Of a DNA stretch of 64,000 bases, positions 1 to 13,800 are shown piece after piece. The first letter of the stretch is position 1. Every line of letters starts with the position of its first letter. Under the pieces are notes generated by a model. The model was not told the origin of the DNA. It worked only from the letters and a program-made list of their open reading frames with translations, and searched no databases. The stretch lies in assembly GCF_037042905.1 (NCBI RefSeq), contig NC_087245.1:33296001-33360000 (forward strand), in the 5' to 3' direction. The position numbers were made by a program, and so were the translations under genes. This DNA is from Lytechinus pictus. Lineage: Eukaryota.

Positions 1-3000
1 ATTTACACCTGATTGAGAGCAACATCACCTTTCAAAGATGCCTGCACAATTTTGCAAACTCTGTGCAATCAGATAACAACTTTACTGCTGTTAATTGCAT
101 GTATGACCATGAAAATAAAATTGGAAAGGATTGGGGTGAAAGAGGTAAATGTTATTACGGAATAAATTTTGTTTGTCACTTTCGAGGTCCCATAGGCTTA
201 CAGGAGCTTACTCCACCCTCTGTGAAAAATATCAGAAGTTAATTTGAAATTATACCAGGAAAAAGCAATTAGTATTTGTCAAATATTTGTAACTCCAGTT
301 AACTTTTTCATATTTCGAGGAATAAAACTTACAAGTGAGTGAAATTTTCTCAGTGAGCAAATTTATCTTCAGGGATTCTGAAAAGTTGTGAAGCATGAGA
401 TGGATATGGGTTTAAATTTAACTAATGTTTGATTTACATATACCGGTACATGTCAATAGTCACCTTTGCTTTGAGTATGGCAGCCAGGTACAGAATGCTT
501 TGTAAAGGTGCAAGAAATCTCTTTAATTTAATTATCTGGCAATCGTAGAGAAATAACACATTTGTTAAAAGAATGATCCATGTGTAAAATAAGAGTTATA
601 ACTTTAAAAATTTATCTCAATAGACAGTATACACTTGATGCAGGAATCAAACGATAATACTCTATTTTGTATTCAATGTTGCTCTAGTATTTAAGTACAG
701 TAAGAAAATATTTCAATGTAAACCATGTTCTCTTAAATATATTCTCTATTTCCATCCACTATTCAATCTTCCAGTTTCCCACTGAATACTGACCAAGTAT
801 CTTCTTTTTTTTCTGGCTGATGATTTTTGTTTTATTTCAAATGATGAGATATATGACATCAATGAATCACACAAAGAGATAACAATGGAGCCAGCGTCTG
901 TAAACTCATCCCCAAATCATTAAAGGAATGAGTCATCGGCATCCTCATAATCAGCAATTTACCAACTCTGAGAAAAAAAATGAAATCATCTGCTATAACC
1001 ATTCTCCACAAACATTTAGAATTCTGCTCATGACTGCTACACAAGACACAAACATCAGTTAATGGGACTGCAGATTCCATCACAATTTTCTAGATTGTCA
1101 TTTCCTTGATTCTTTTGTCTTCAAATTGGCTATAATCCTTTAGGGACCTGTAAATTAGGGATGATCTCATTTTCAGAATATCATTCAAATACACTTGAGT
1201 ATACAACCAAGTTCCAACAGGGGAAAGTAAGATACTTTATGATATGGTTGTGCATTTTTTTTTGCAAAGTACATGTATGCCTAAAATTTACTAATATGAT
1301 TCATGCTAATAATAGTAAACAAATTACAAATATTTTGGTAAATAGAGAAAGATGTAATCACAAACAGATTTGCATTGAAAATGATGTTGGAAATCATGAA
1401 TTGGTTCAATTTTTATAAATAAGACATATAAGAAATGTCACTTGTAATCTTTTGTTCACAGACAGACAAAAAAATTTTCATTAAGCCATTGAGAATCATG
1501 ATTTACAATATAGTCTTCCAATTACCAGTTTATGACAAAACATGCAGTAAGACATTCATTCAAAGCTGCCTATCATTTTATTCTGTGACTTACATACAAA
1601 GACAGTATCCTTGTTTTTATAGCACCATTGGTAAATTATGTCACATACCCATTTCTGCTCATAAATCATGGGTATAATATCTATTGGCATGGTTTCTTAG
1701 AGTATCTGACTGTCATGGTCATAATGAAGGATTCAGAGTCAGCTGAATATTATGCTTGCTGTGTTTATTTATGATGACCAGCTGTAATGACAGTTGACTG
1801 AATCAGTTAGTCTATGTGAGAAGACCTACAACGTGTGACCTATATTCATAACACTTCACTCTCTATATACTATACACATTGAACCTTAGTTTCTTCTAAG
1901 TTTCTTCTTTTATTATAATACTGGTGTACATATTGGATAGGGGCAGATGGAGGGGGGGCACAGGGGGAGACAACAGCTTTCTCAATGAGTGGCAAATGAC
2001 ACAGGATAAAAAGAAAATGACTAAATAGATACATAGACAAGTTAAAGTTGATGGAGAGGGAGGAAGAAAAGAAAATAGAAGAGCAGGGAGGGGGGGGGGC
2101 GAAGAGAAAGTGAGAAAGGAGCCACCTACCTCCTCAAAACCCCCTAAATTGAAAACAGTGTTTTCATAATGACAGTGGAAAGTTACTACTTTAACATCTA
2201 CCACAGATAGGAATCTTATCTACTATGAGACCGGAGATCCTCTTGACTTCAACACTTCTTCCTAGATAGCAGGATATTAGGCTTTGTAATACCTTAGATG
2301 TCTCGTAGAACCTTACCTTGCTCTAATACTTGGAACTGTGGGTTTTTTTTCTTGGATTTTGAATCGAATCACATCCTTTAGTGAAAATTCATCATAAAAA
2401 ACCTTAATGGATACACTATGATAAACCTGAGCTTTAGCTTAAAAAGATACATCATTCATATTAGACACCCTTGATTCCTTAGCTAAACAAGCCATGCATA
2501 ATTTGTAAGACCTAAGGACACCTTGAGCCTAAATTCAATCAGTACCTTTTACCTGAAATATAAGGCTTTCAAAGACATTTAATTACTAAGGTAATGGTAA
2601 AACTACTTTTGATGCTTGTTACTTTCGTGAAACCCAAACACGTTAAAAGGTGTATTTTAAAGGTGATTCTTTAGAAAAACCACTATTATTATCATTAAAT
2701 AGCATGAATGCTGCAATCCAAGGACCCCCAAAGCCTGGATATTTTTGTGCCATTTTCCTCTGTGTTGTAAAATGGACATTAAGTGACCTCAGTCACGATT
2801 CTAAATGCATCCTCGGATAACTGCCTGCCTGGTAGACTAGAATACATTTGTAAGAAGGCACATTCTTAAAGGTTGCCATTGATCATGATAAGACAAGGAC
2901 ATGCTATGACAATGAGTCCGTAAGGTCATTAGTTCTGGACACTACTGCCACATCAAATGGGAATACTTCAAGGATATTGCTGATTGTTTTATGGGACCTA

Positions 3001-3511
3001 CTCTGATATCAAGTGATTGTTTGGAGTAAAAATCTATGCAAATGTTATAGAACTCTTTCTTAAACACTTTTTCTACAAAGCATCAAAGGCATAGACCTTC
3101 TAGGTTATCAGACATCATGGGCTGTCTATCATTTATGTAAATTGTTTTGGTTTTGTTGTTATTTATTTACAGTTCATTACAAATTTAAAAATCCATGCAA
3201 TCACTTATACAATTTACAAATTTGATACAGTTGGATAACACCATTCTCTTCATTATCAAAATGACATGAATAAAGATGTTAATTTCACAAGGTAATTTTA
3301 AGCAATCTAACAAAAGAAAAAAATTAAAGAATTACAATAATTTGTTTCTCTTGCTTTCCCTTCTTTTCAAAGCACGAATGGTATCACCTATAATTGGCAA
3401 CAACATTATTATATATATTTATTAAAATATTTTCATAACCTTGCAAAGCGGACCATTTAAAAACAGTGTTTCAAAAATAAGTTTTAAAAATGCAATTTGC
3501 TATATAAAATC

Positions 3512-4106
3512 TTAAAGGAGAATGAAACTCTTGGAGCAAGTTAGCTTTTGTGAAAGCAGAAAAATCAAAGAATAAGATCAACAAAAGTTTGAGTAAAATA
3601 GGACTAGCAATAAAAGAGTTATGAGCATTTGAATGTAGAGATCACTAATGCTATGGAGATCCTCCCATTGGCAATGCGACCAAGATATATGATGTCACAG
3701 ATGAACAACTCTCCCCTTTTGGACACTGAAAATATACCCCAAAACATATCTTTTTGCTCATTCTAATCACATGACAAACGATTCATCAATGATATAATGT
3801 TGTGAAACCTCTGTACTTGTCCTCTCATAAAGAGAACACCTCACCTTGTGATAGAATAGATTATAAAAGTGAGAATATAAGTGAAATAAGTACTAAAGTA
3901 ATGAGGGAGTTGTACGTGTGTGACATCACAGATCTTGGTCGCATTGCCAATGGGAGGATCTACATGGCATTAGTGATCTCAATATTCAAATGCTCATAAC
4001 TTTCTTATTATTCATTCAATCTTCCTCAAACTTTCAACAATATGTTTCTTTGATTTTTCTCTTTGATATGGATTCAGTTGGTTTCAAGGGTTTCATTCTC
4101 CTTTAA
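3512..4106. mobile_element. TTAA-flanked MITE family A, copy 1
   Basis: TTAAAGGAGAATGAAAC / GTTTCATTCTCCTTTAA ends with long imperfect palindromic arms. Confidence 0.88.
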
Positions 4107-5819
4107 CCAACTGGCGCAAACAGGGGATAATTGATGAAAATGCCGGATGATTTGATTGAAAAGTGTTGTGAAGTGGAACCTTAAACAGCATGGGGTGTAC
4201 TGGTGGACCTTCAAAGGTTGGACAACAAGTATAAGAAGGAATTGACATTGCACTTTATTTTCTAGGATTTTCAACAGGAATATTTCTGCAAATTAAGATT
4301 GGTTTAAACTCGCTTCATTTGATCGTGTACAGAATAAGAAGGAAATGAGGTTGTTTATGTCAAAGGCACCTTCGTTGCATTTACTTGAGCCTTCTGAGCA
4401 GTTAGTTAATATTAGTGAACATGTATGATATACAAGTATATTGGATGGTTGTTCATGTTGCAGCACAGAAAGCAGAAATGATGTTTTTCAATAATATATG
4501 CTCCTACATTTATTCAAAATCCATGATAGATGCAAGTTTATGAAAGCAATATACCTCCTAACAATGTGATCAAAGGGCATTAAGGATCACACTTGACTCT
4601 GCCAAAGCCCCTTCTCCCTACTCCCTTCCTAACGAAAAGGGTCACCCCAACCCCTCTGCCTTTCACTAACGATCCCATCACTGGGCATAAGGGATTACAC
4701 CAGTGAAAAGACATGACTTCATCTTCCATCTCAGAAATATTCCAACCATTCTGGAGGGTTGGATTGCTTTGAGTGACCGGTAGAATGGCTAACTCCATGG
4801 AATCTCCAACGCTCACCCTTCTAAATAGCTAAGGATCCGAGTGATTTAAGATTCATTCATGGAGCTAGGTTCCTAACTAGGTTACCATTACAAACAACCA
4901 CAGATATATTTATAGACTTCATTCACAATGTTTACATGTCAGGGTAGGAAATAATTTAGATTTTTTTTTAGGGCATTCTTTTTTTAAATGGGGCGACTTG
5001 CCAATATTTGGGGGCTATTTCTTTCATTTTACTGGCTACCTTTTAGGGGTAATAAACAATTATGCAGTAAAAGCATCATTCTGCCATAGTTAGAATACTG
5101 ATTTTCTGAGTAATCTTGAATATTGTTTGTGACAGATCTTAGGGCGACTCTAGAAAGAATGGTCATCCCAAAGCACGCATTTTTTAAAGAATTTTAGGGG
5201 GCATTATGGGCTGTCATGAGGGCCAAATCGCCCAACACCCTCATGTATTTCTTATGCTGCCTCATCCTTCCAGACGTGAATTCATCACCATTTTGACAAA
5301 CATTCCCAAGTTACACAAGGTAAAGTTTAATTTGATTTTAATTTAAACACAAAGGTGTTAATTTACATGTAATAAATATTATTTAAAATTCAAACCTTTA
5401 TATCTCTGATTTAAATCAAATCAAGAGTTTGTACAAGTCACTAGCCACAAAGATAACAAAATCGTAATTTCAATGATTAAAGTGAAAAACAAGGTTAATA
5501 ACAAATCTTTAGCACATGTGAAACCAAACTAGAATCACAAACGCTAATCACAATCACAAATTCAAATTTTACTCCGGAGGTGAATTCCAGTTAAATTACA
5601 GTACGAAGTTTCCGTGTGAAAGGTCCGATGATTCTAAAGATGAACTGCAATCATCATGATTCAAGATTCACGTGTGAAAAGGCCCTAAAATACATTTATT
5701 CATAGTAATTTAGATTGTAGTATTCGTGGCTATTTGTTTATTTGTACAGTTCAATGAAAACCCATACCCTTCAATACTGGAGTATACATTTATATCGATA
5801 AAGCTGTTAAAAAAAAATT

Positions 5820-6358
5820 CAACAAGCATAACACTGAAAATTTCATCAAAATCGGATGTAAAATAAGAAAGCTATGACATTCTTAAGTTTCACTTAATTT
5901 CACGAAACAGTTATATGCACATCCTGGTTGGTATGCAAATGAGGAGCCTGATGACGTCATCCACTCCCTAATTCTTTTGTGTTTTATCATATGAAATATT
6001 CTCTTCATTGTCAAGTAAAACAAGGATTAATTCCTCCCTGAACATGTGGAATTAGCATTGTTTAATACTATATAGTTCAGTCAAGTTGGTCCCTATTGTC
6101 AAATTTGTAAAATATGAAATATTGTATAATTCAAACAATAAAAAACAAAAGAAATAGTGAGTGAGGGACATCATAGACTGTCTCATTTGCATGTCACTGA
6201 GTTGTGCATATCACTGTTTTGTGAAAAAAAGTGAAACTTTAAAATTTCATAACTTTCTTATTTTACATCCTATTTTGATGAAATTTTCAGCATTATGCTA
6301 GTCTGATTTTTCTCTATTTATTCAAATCAACATTTTTCTGTGGTGGACTTGACCTTAA
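5820..6358. mobile_element. MITE family B, missing one terminus
   Basis: Reverse-complement match to 27168-27763; ends GGTGGACTTGACCTTAA. Confidence 0.82.
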
Positions 6359-7450
6359 TTTTTTTTACTCTTTCACCTACACTCTGAAAACAGATTCAGC
6401 TTGATGTTTAAAGGGTTTGACAACTCTTAAATTTTCTGTCTCCTATTCATACTCATATCATCAGTATCCCTGTAGCTATTTCACTTTTAATGAAGATAAA
6501 AGTCATGGAGGAAAATAAGAAAAAAATGACAGCTATGGGGTATGAAAACAAACTTGGTGACTCCTATCCTAAAGGGGACCGAAAGGCTACACTTGAATAA
6601 CAAAGTTGATCTTGAAATAGCCTGACACATGACCTCTTCCTACATTCTCAAGTTTATTTGAAAAATTCTGCAGGCAAATTTCTGCCATTCCCGACCCCCA
6701 AAAGGTCAAGACATCAAAATGTTTGAAGTCCCTCATGCGCTTCTCTAGTCCATCCACTATGAATTTATGCTTCTGTGCTGACCTCCCTAAATTGTTTGAT
6801 ATTCCGTTCTGGTTGTTAACTTCAACAGAAGGTACACAAGTTCTGACATTGTATTTTGTCACTGTGATTTAGTGCAAGCCTTGACATATTGAAATAATGA
6901 TTATTACTGATTTGCAATTGTCGCCAAGAGTACTGCAACCCCAGTTTCACAAATGCAATGCATACTTTGAAATATTCGTACAAACTGAAATAAAAATTGT
7001 TCACGTATACTTATATTTTCATCAGTCGCAGTGGGAATGTGCCCTTGCCCTAAAAATATGGTAAAACTTTAATCAATTAAAAAATACTAGAGCTTGATTT
7101 TCATAGAAGACAATGGGAATAATACTTTCTAATGTTTTTATCTGCCTCATATTGACACTGTTCTTATTTGTCTATTTATCTATTTATAAAACTCTATAAT
7201 GAAAAGTGAAAAAAAATTATCAAGATATAGGCCTAATCCTTCTAATGCCACAGCAAGTTTAACCATCATTGTGAAGCCAGGTTAGGGTTGCACTAGCTGG
7301 ATGACACGCTTGTTTGTTGTTGTTTTTTATAAGTAATGTTTTTGTGGAAATGGGATAAGGAGTCATTTGATCAATCAAAACTTCTGATATTCCAGATAAT
7401 TATTCATATAAAGCTGAAGTAATGGCCCAGTGAATATTATCATCATAATC

Positions 7451-7485
<35 letters not shown>

Positions 7486-8599
7486 AAGAATATGTGCTTA
7501 TCATAAGCACATATCTATGATTTTTTTAGATGAGACATAACTAAACAGAAAAAAGTTTGTAGATTTCTCCAAAGTACTGAGCTTTGTGTAAACTCCATTT
7601 GAAACAGTAACAATCTAACAAAAATGCATTGCATTGAAAATTTGGATAAAACTTTTATCACTGTCTCTGAGCTTAAAAGTCACGACAGAATTTTTGTATC
7701 TATTTACACTACACCTCTGGCTACAGCTGACAGAGAGTGCACATCTAATAGTTCACTCTTGAACTGATGTAAGGTTATATGTGTATGTTAAGATGCTAGC
7801 AAGGGAGATGATATATAATACCTAGCTGTTGTCTTCTCCTTGATGAGGAAATAATGTCACCTATCTTCATAGCCGATTAGCCTTCTCACACCATAGACCT
7901 GGTAGGCACATGTATTATATTGTCACATAGAACACCTATGTGAACTGGCTTGGTACTAATTGCATAAACGAGCTTTAAGAAATTTTAAACAAACCACTCA
8001 CATGATTAAAAGGGCCACTTGCATGGCAGGGTTGATATTGTTATTTACTTTATCTAATCCTTTTCATCATGGAGAGATTGTTCTGTTCCATCACAGTTTT
8101 CAAGAAATCCATCAAGTGACAATTAATTTTCGTCATCATCATCATTATCAGCATCAGCATCATCCTTGTCATAGTTCCCGTCATCTTTATCATCATCATT
8201 GTCATCATCACCATCACAATCTTTTTATATTACATTAAAAGTATTATGATCATCATCACTAAAATATGCATGCACATAGCAGGGTTGATAAAAAAGGCTA
8301 TGATTCAAACCCCTGTACCCAAGCACTTCAGAAGCATTTCAGTGTTCAGTATTCTGAAGGAAAAACACCAAACAGCCTTGCACTACATGGCAGGAAATGC
8401 CTGTCACAACATCACATCTTTATAAATAAATCTAAACTTGATAATGTTTGTCATCCATAGGGTTCGTCAGTGTATGCTCTTGAAATACAAAATAAAAAGG
8501 GTAAGGTTTAATAATAATTTATGAATTATTAGATGAAAACTGAGTTAATGAAGTACAGCTGCTTTGCTATGTTTTCCTGAGGTATGGTTAATAGGAACA

Positions 8600-9405
8600 T
8601 TAAAGCCATTGGTTATCATGATTTTTTATTTCAAATCTGAGCAGCAAGATCCCATTTTGTCCCGTGTGTCTCTGATATGTAATAAAAAATTAAGCCCTGA
8701 AACAATTGCAATTAAAACCATTATTTAGTGCTTTAAAAAGAGAAATATAAAAAAGGCGAAACAACATCCCAATTTCATTCCATATCAATACTTACAAGTC
8801 TTACATTAAATATCCTCAGGACTCGACATGATATTGATTAAATAATAAATTTTCAATCACAGATATATTGAAATTGTCTGCTTGAATTTGAAATTTCTGT
8901 GTCCTTTTAATAATATTAAACATAATACACATCAAAATTCAGGATTATATTTTAATTAAAACCTTTACAATTTTAACCAATTTCTTTATAAAAAGCATGT
9001 GTGTAAATATGAGTATGTTGTAAATAATGTGTGTCAATGTTAACAGGTCCAAATACAGCAGTAACATTTTTTTTTTATATAAAGACAATTTTGAATGAAA
9101 GGACTTTTATTTCTTTATTTTTCAAGCTAATCATTTCCAATTTATTATAATCCTATAGACCTCATATTTGTACAATTAGAATATTTAATTAAAAAAATAA
9201 TATGTTGATAATCATTTCACAGGCCATTAAAAAAGTATTGAAATCCTTTGTTTTTATCGAGCTGTGTGTACTCTTTCCCTTCAAAAGCTTTATCACAATT
9301 TTAATATAGTTTATAAAGAGTTTGAGCCAATCAGATGATGTGTAATTCACAAATTAGTGTAAAACATTCCAAACAAATTTTTGTCATGTTCTCCAATGGT
9401 TTTAA
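8600..9405. mobile_element. TTAA-flanked MITE family D
   Basis: TTAAAGCCATTGG / CCAATGGTTTTAA termini with an AT-rich interior. Confidence 0.55.
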
Positions 9406-10069
9406 CATACAATAATTTCAATGAAAAGATAACAGAGAGCAACAAAGATGCATAAATTTTGGCCTCCTTTATACTAAGTCTATTGGTATGATGAGTGGAA
9501 GTATTATTTCTTTTGAGAGATAAGGTAATTGGTTGAAGTGATTCACACCTTTCTCAAATTAGATCTAAATGCATTTGGATAGTAATTAAGTTAAATTATC
9601 GTCTTACTCCATTAGCTTTTAAGTGATGCAGATAAATACAGACTGGTGGCAAACACATGTTATGTAACATTGCATCTTCACAAGTACCTCCCAATTCATG
9701 ATTGTCTTCGCATAGAGGAACAATATTATGTGAAATTCTTTTACAAAATAATTATCAACAGAAAATCATCTTTTCTCCATTGATAATGATCACTTTTATC
9801 ATAATTTTTAGATTTTAGCCCCTCTTGAGATAATTTTCATGATCGTCAATAACATCCTTTATTATTTAACGGATCCTTATTTAAAGGATGTAGTCATTAA
9901 AATCACTATCACTATCAACATAAAAACCATTACTACCTGAGTCTGTCATTACCGTCAGAATCAGCCTTCTCCCTCCCTCCTTCAAATCATCATTAATGAT
10001 TAGCTATCACTAATAACACCACCAACATCATCATTAATTTTCATAGTTATCATCAACAGAAGTATCCTA

Positions 10070-10333
10070 ATCATCATCATTACTGTATTATCCAGATCAT
10101 TGTAATTAGCCCCACCACCACAACCACCACCACAGCCATCACCATCACCACCATCATCATCATCATCATCAACATCAACATCAACATCAACATCATCATC
10201 ATCATCAACATCAACATCATCATCATCACCACCACCACCACCACCATTACCATCATCATCATCATCATCATGATCATGATCATCATCATCATCAACATCA
10301 ACATCACCATCATCATCCTCACTAACACCATCT
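10070..10333. repeat. (CAT/CAC/CAA)n microsatellite
   Basis: Directly visible. Confidence 0.95.
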
Positions 10334-10730
10334 TGAATTAAACCATCTGAACCTCTTCTATCATTTCAACCATCATCATTGACACAACTACCACTGCTGT
10401 CCCCATCCATTATCATCACAATCTTATATAACCACAGCCAACATCAAGTGCACTAGTATCATTATGATGCAACGCCCATGGACAGCCACTACTCATAGCA
10501 CCGTCAATCAATCATCTCTCCCTTGAAGTCCACCCTTACCATTCAGTCAATGTTGCTATGTAACCATAGAAGACTGACTGATGAATATACCATCCCAAAC
10601 AAAACATACAGCTTCATCAAGGCATGTCCCGCAACATGATACAAGATGTTTCCTACATACAGGAAAAATTAGTAACACCTTTGTGTGAAAGCTCAAGATC
10701 AAGTAGTCTACCCCTACATCTGCCCCCCCT

Positions 10731-10871
10731 GCCCTCCCGTTACATAAAACTTGTTCAAATAACAAATTTATGATAACAGTTAAAAGCTACCATAAACGTT
10801 TAATCTGATTGGCCTGGTAGTAAATTTGTTATAGAGAAATACATAACAAGTATTTATTAAACAGGGCCCTG
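10731..10871. mobile_element. Small MITE, same family as 24948-25085
   Basis: CATAAAACTTGTT..AATAACAAATTT..ATAACAGTTAA..GATTGG..GTAAATTTGTTATAG..AAACAGGGCCCTG. Confidence 0.6.
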
Positions 10872-13800
10872 CATTAACAAGATCAACGAGGTGTATTATT
10901 ATACAATCAAATAATATACAATCAAATGTTGATGGAGCCTTAATTTATTTGATTAATTTGTCATGGATAATCATGGATCTATCAAATGTTTTTGTTTTTG
11001 AGTTTTGTGGATGACTGTAATTACTGGAGTGGAATAGGCATAAAATCTTTTTTAAATAAAATTTCTGACCTGGAAATTGGGACATGATTAATTGCAGAGT
11101 TCAGTTCACATCAGATTTGTCTAGAATCCGGTCTACAATTACAGATCCTACTAGTATCCAGATCATGCCTTCCATGTGAACAGGGCAGCAAAAAGTCAGT
11201 ACACAAAGTCTGTATATCCAAGCATGGATGTACTCACTGATCCTAGTATTTCCACAAACAATACATGTGCAAGCTCATCTCAACAAGGCAGATGTACTTT
11301 ATAGTTTATATACATTCATTTACGGCCTCGAGTCCAATATGAATCCGATTGGTGATATTGTGACATATGCAGGAGTTACATCTAGCAACATATTGAATAT
11401 ATGAATACTGTGAGCAATAACGGGGTAGAGGCATTGTCTCGTCATTAAATATCAATATGATTTCACATATAGGCCTAGTCCCAGACATGTGCTCTCATGT
11501 GATATGCTGCTTCCAATGGGGTTGCATGTTTTAATTTGTATATGTATATGTATGTCAAAACAATATTATCATTAATAATATCATTAACATATTCACTCAC
11601 CTATTAGCCTTATTCGGAAGTGTACCTGCTAAGTTTAATTCATCATATTTTCATAATCGTTTCAACTTAATTTAGTTTGTCAAAATGATTCTCGCTGAAA
11701 TCAAAGTTCAGCTGTTCATGAATGACAAATAAGAAAATACTGAGCCATTGTTTGTGTGCTTGCTAGTGATGAAATTCATAACTGCATCATGATTTCTTCA
11801 GGCACTATTTTCTGATATTGCCCTTTCAAACAGACAATAGCAAGTGGACTTCAACGATAGCAAGGAAAGGACTCAAGGACATAATAAAACTCTGACAATA
11901 CCCCATGCTATACATACTGAACACATTAGCAATTTTAGTGAAAAAATAGCATTTTTATCAAAAGTTTTTGAAGGCTACTGTATAAGGAGTCATATACAAA
12001 TGACGATTGGGAGAGCATTTCAACAACATTTTTGTCTGACAAGTTGTCAGATCAGACAGCTTTCCTTGATTTTGATTGGCTGAGAAGAACACTTCCTTTG
12101 GCAAATGTTGGATAAAACATACTTTGTCAGATAAAAACATTTGACAAGTCATTTTATGAAATAGACCCCGGAAAATACAGAAAATAACACTCTACATGAT
12201 ATTCAAATCATAGCCATGCAGCCAGGAATATAATCCTGTGCAGAATTGTAAGAAATTAGGCCTTTCTTGCCCTAAATCAGACCCTACCTTGTTAAAAAGG
12301 CTGTAGCATTCTCCCATCTCTCTAATCAGCTTCACAGTCACATACCGAGACGAGATACCAGCTAAAGAACCACTGTTAATCCAACGCTAAAAATCCAGGA
12401 TGGCCAACAAATTGGTAAATCCTCAATAAAGGGACTACACCATGTCACATGAAGTGGTCCAGGATGATGAGGAAAGAGAGAAATAAATAAATACCAACGT
12501 GCGATGCTGAGCACATGAAGTGCATTTATATAATTAGATTGGAGGAGCGAAGCATGGGTAGAGAGTGGGGGGTTGGAATTCTGGGGTAAACGTCCTTGCT
12601 GGAGCTGAACTAATGTTTAGCGTGGGGCAGCAGTGGTGGCGGTGGTAACTTAATACATCATTCACCAAATCTTGCCAATTCCGTTCACGATGATGATATA
12701 CCCCCTTTGATGGAGCTGTAAACCTCGCCTTTCAAGGGGAGGTTTACCTGCCCTCCAAGTACCTTGGAGAATAACAAATCCAAGCTGAACAGTTGGCCAA
12801 TTTGTTAAGAAGAAGATGAAGAAGTAGGAAGCACCCGCACAGAGGGGTGAAGTTGGTAGTAGAGGTTCTAATCACCACACAAAAACACACACTCTCCTCT
12901 GTTGATCACTCTCCATTTCTTTGATAGACTCCTACGTTATTCCTTCCTTGCCGGAATGGGTTAGGAAGACGAATGATTGAGGAGTAGGGATGATGAATAG
13001 AGTGTTGGATGACTGGGAGGAGAGTTAATGCCACTTGGCAGCATGCACTGGGGGGATGCGGTCCCAGGACGAGATGCTACACGCAAGAGTGGAAGAGGGT
13101 TAGAGGTGCTCTGGCCGAAAGGCAACCTATTGACCAGTGATGAGTGATGGTCAGTGGTCAATCATTAAAAAAAGGCTGGACGATCCTGAAATACTCTAGG
13201 CTTTCGGCTTTTTGATGGGCATCAACAAACAAAGAATCCTATCCACCATGTAATCGCTATCATCCAACCCCGCATTCATGAATAATTTTCAACTGTGCAA
13301 TTCCCCAGGAGTAGATAATTGGAAATCCCCTTCACAAATTGTCTCCAAGATGGTAATCCGTTTGAGTCATGATATCAAGTCATTTATTCTCCAGTACGCC
13401 AATCTCATTGATTTTTCCTTGGTTTTTCTCCTCTCTGGATCTCCTTAATCTCCTTCTCTCTTCTATTAGTATCATGCACAATGATTGGTTTTTGCTCATT
13501 TATTATCCTGGGTCACAATACAGAGGATTCACCAAGAAAATCACACATTATAATTCAAATGATCTGTTTCACCATTCCAAGATCATTTCACTTTCTCCGC
13601 TCTTGGTCCATCGCCGTTTATCGGGGAAGGGAAAATCAAATCAAAATTAAATGTTCAGGATTGTCTCTCAGTGAATGATCACTGCTCGGCTTCTTTCATT
13701 CAAATATTAATGTGAAGATTGGAATGCCTTCATTCAGTCGAGGGTGCTCATAAATAAATAATAAACAATTCACTTGAGATTGCTTATTAAACAGGATATT

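Noticed and set aside
3802..3999. 65-aa ORF duplicated at 48026-48220
   Set aside because: Both lie inside MITE family A copies; GTG start and an indel difference; not a gene pair.
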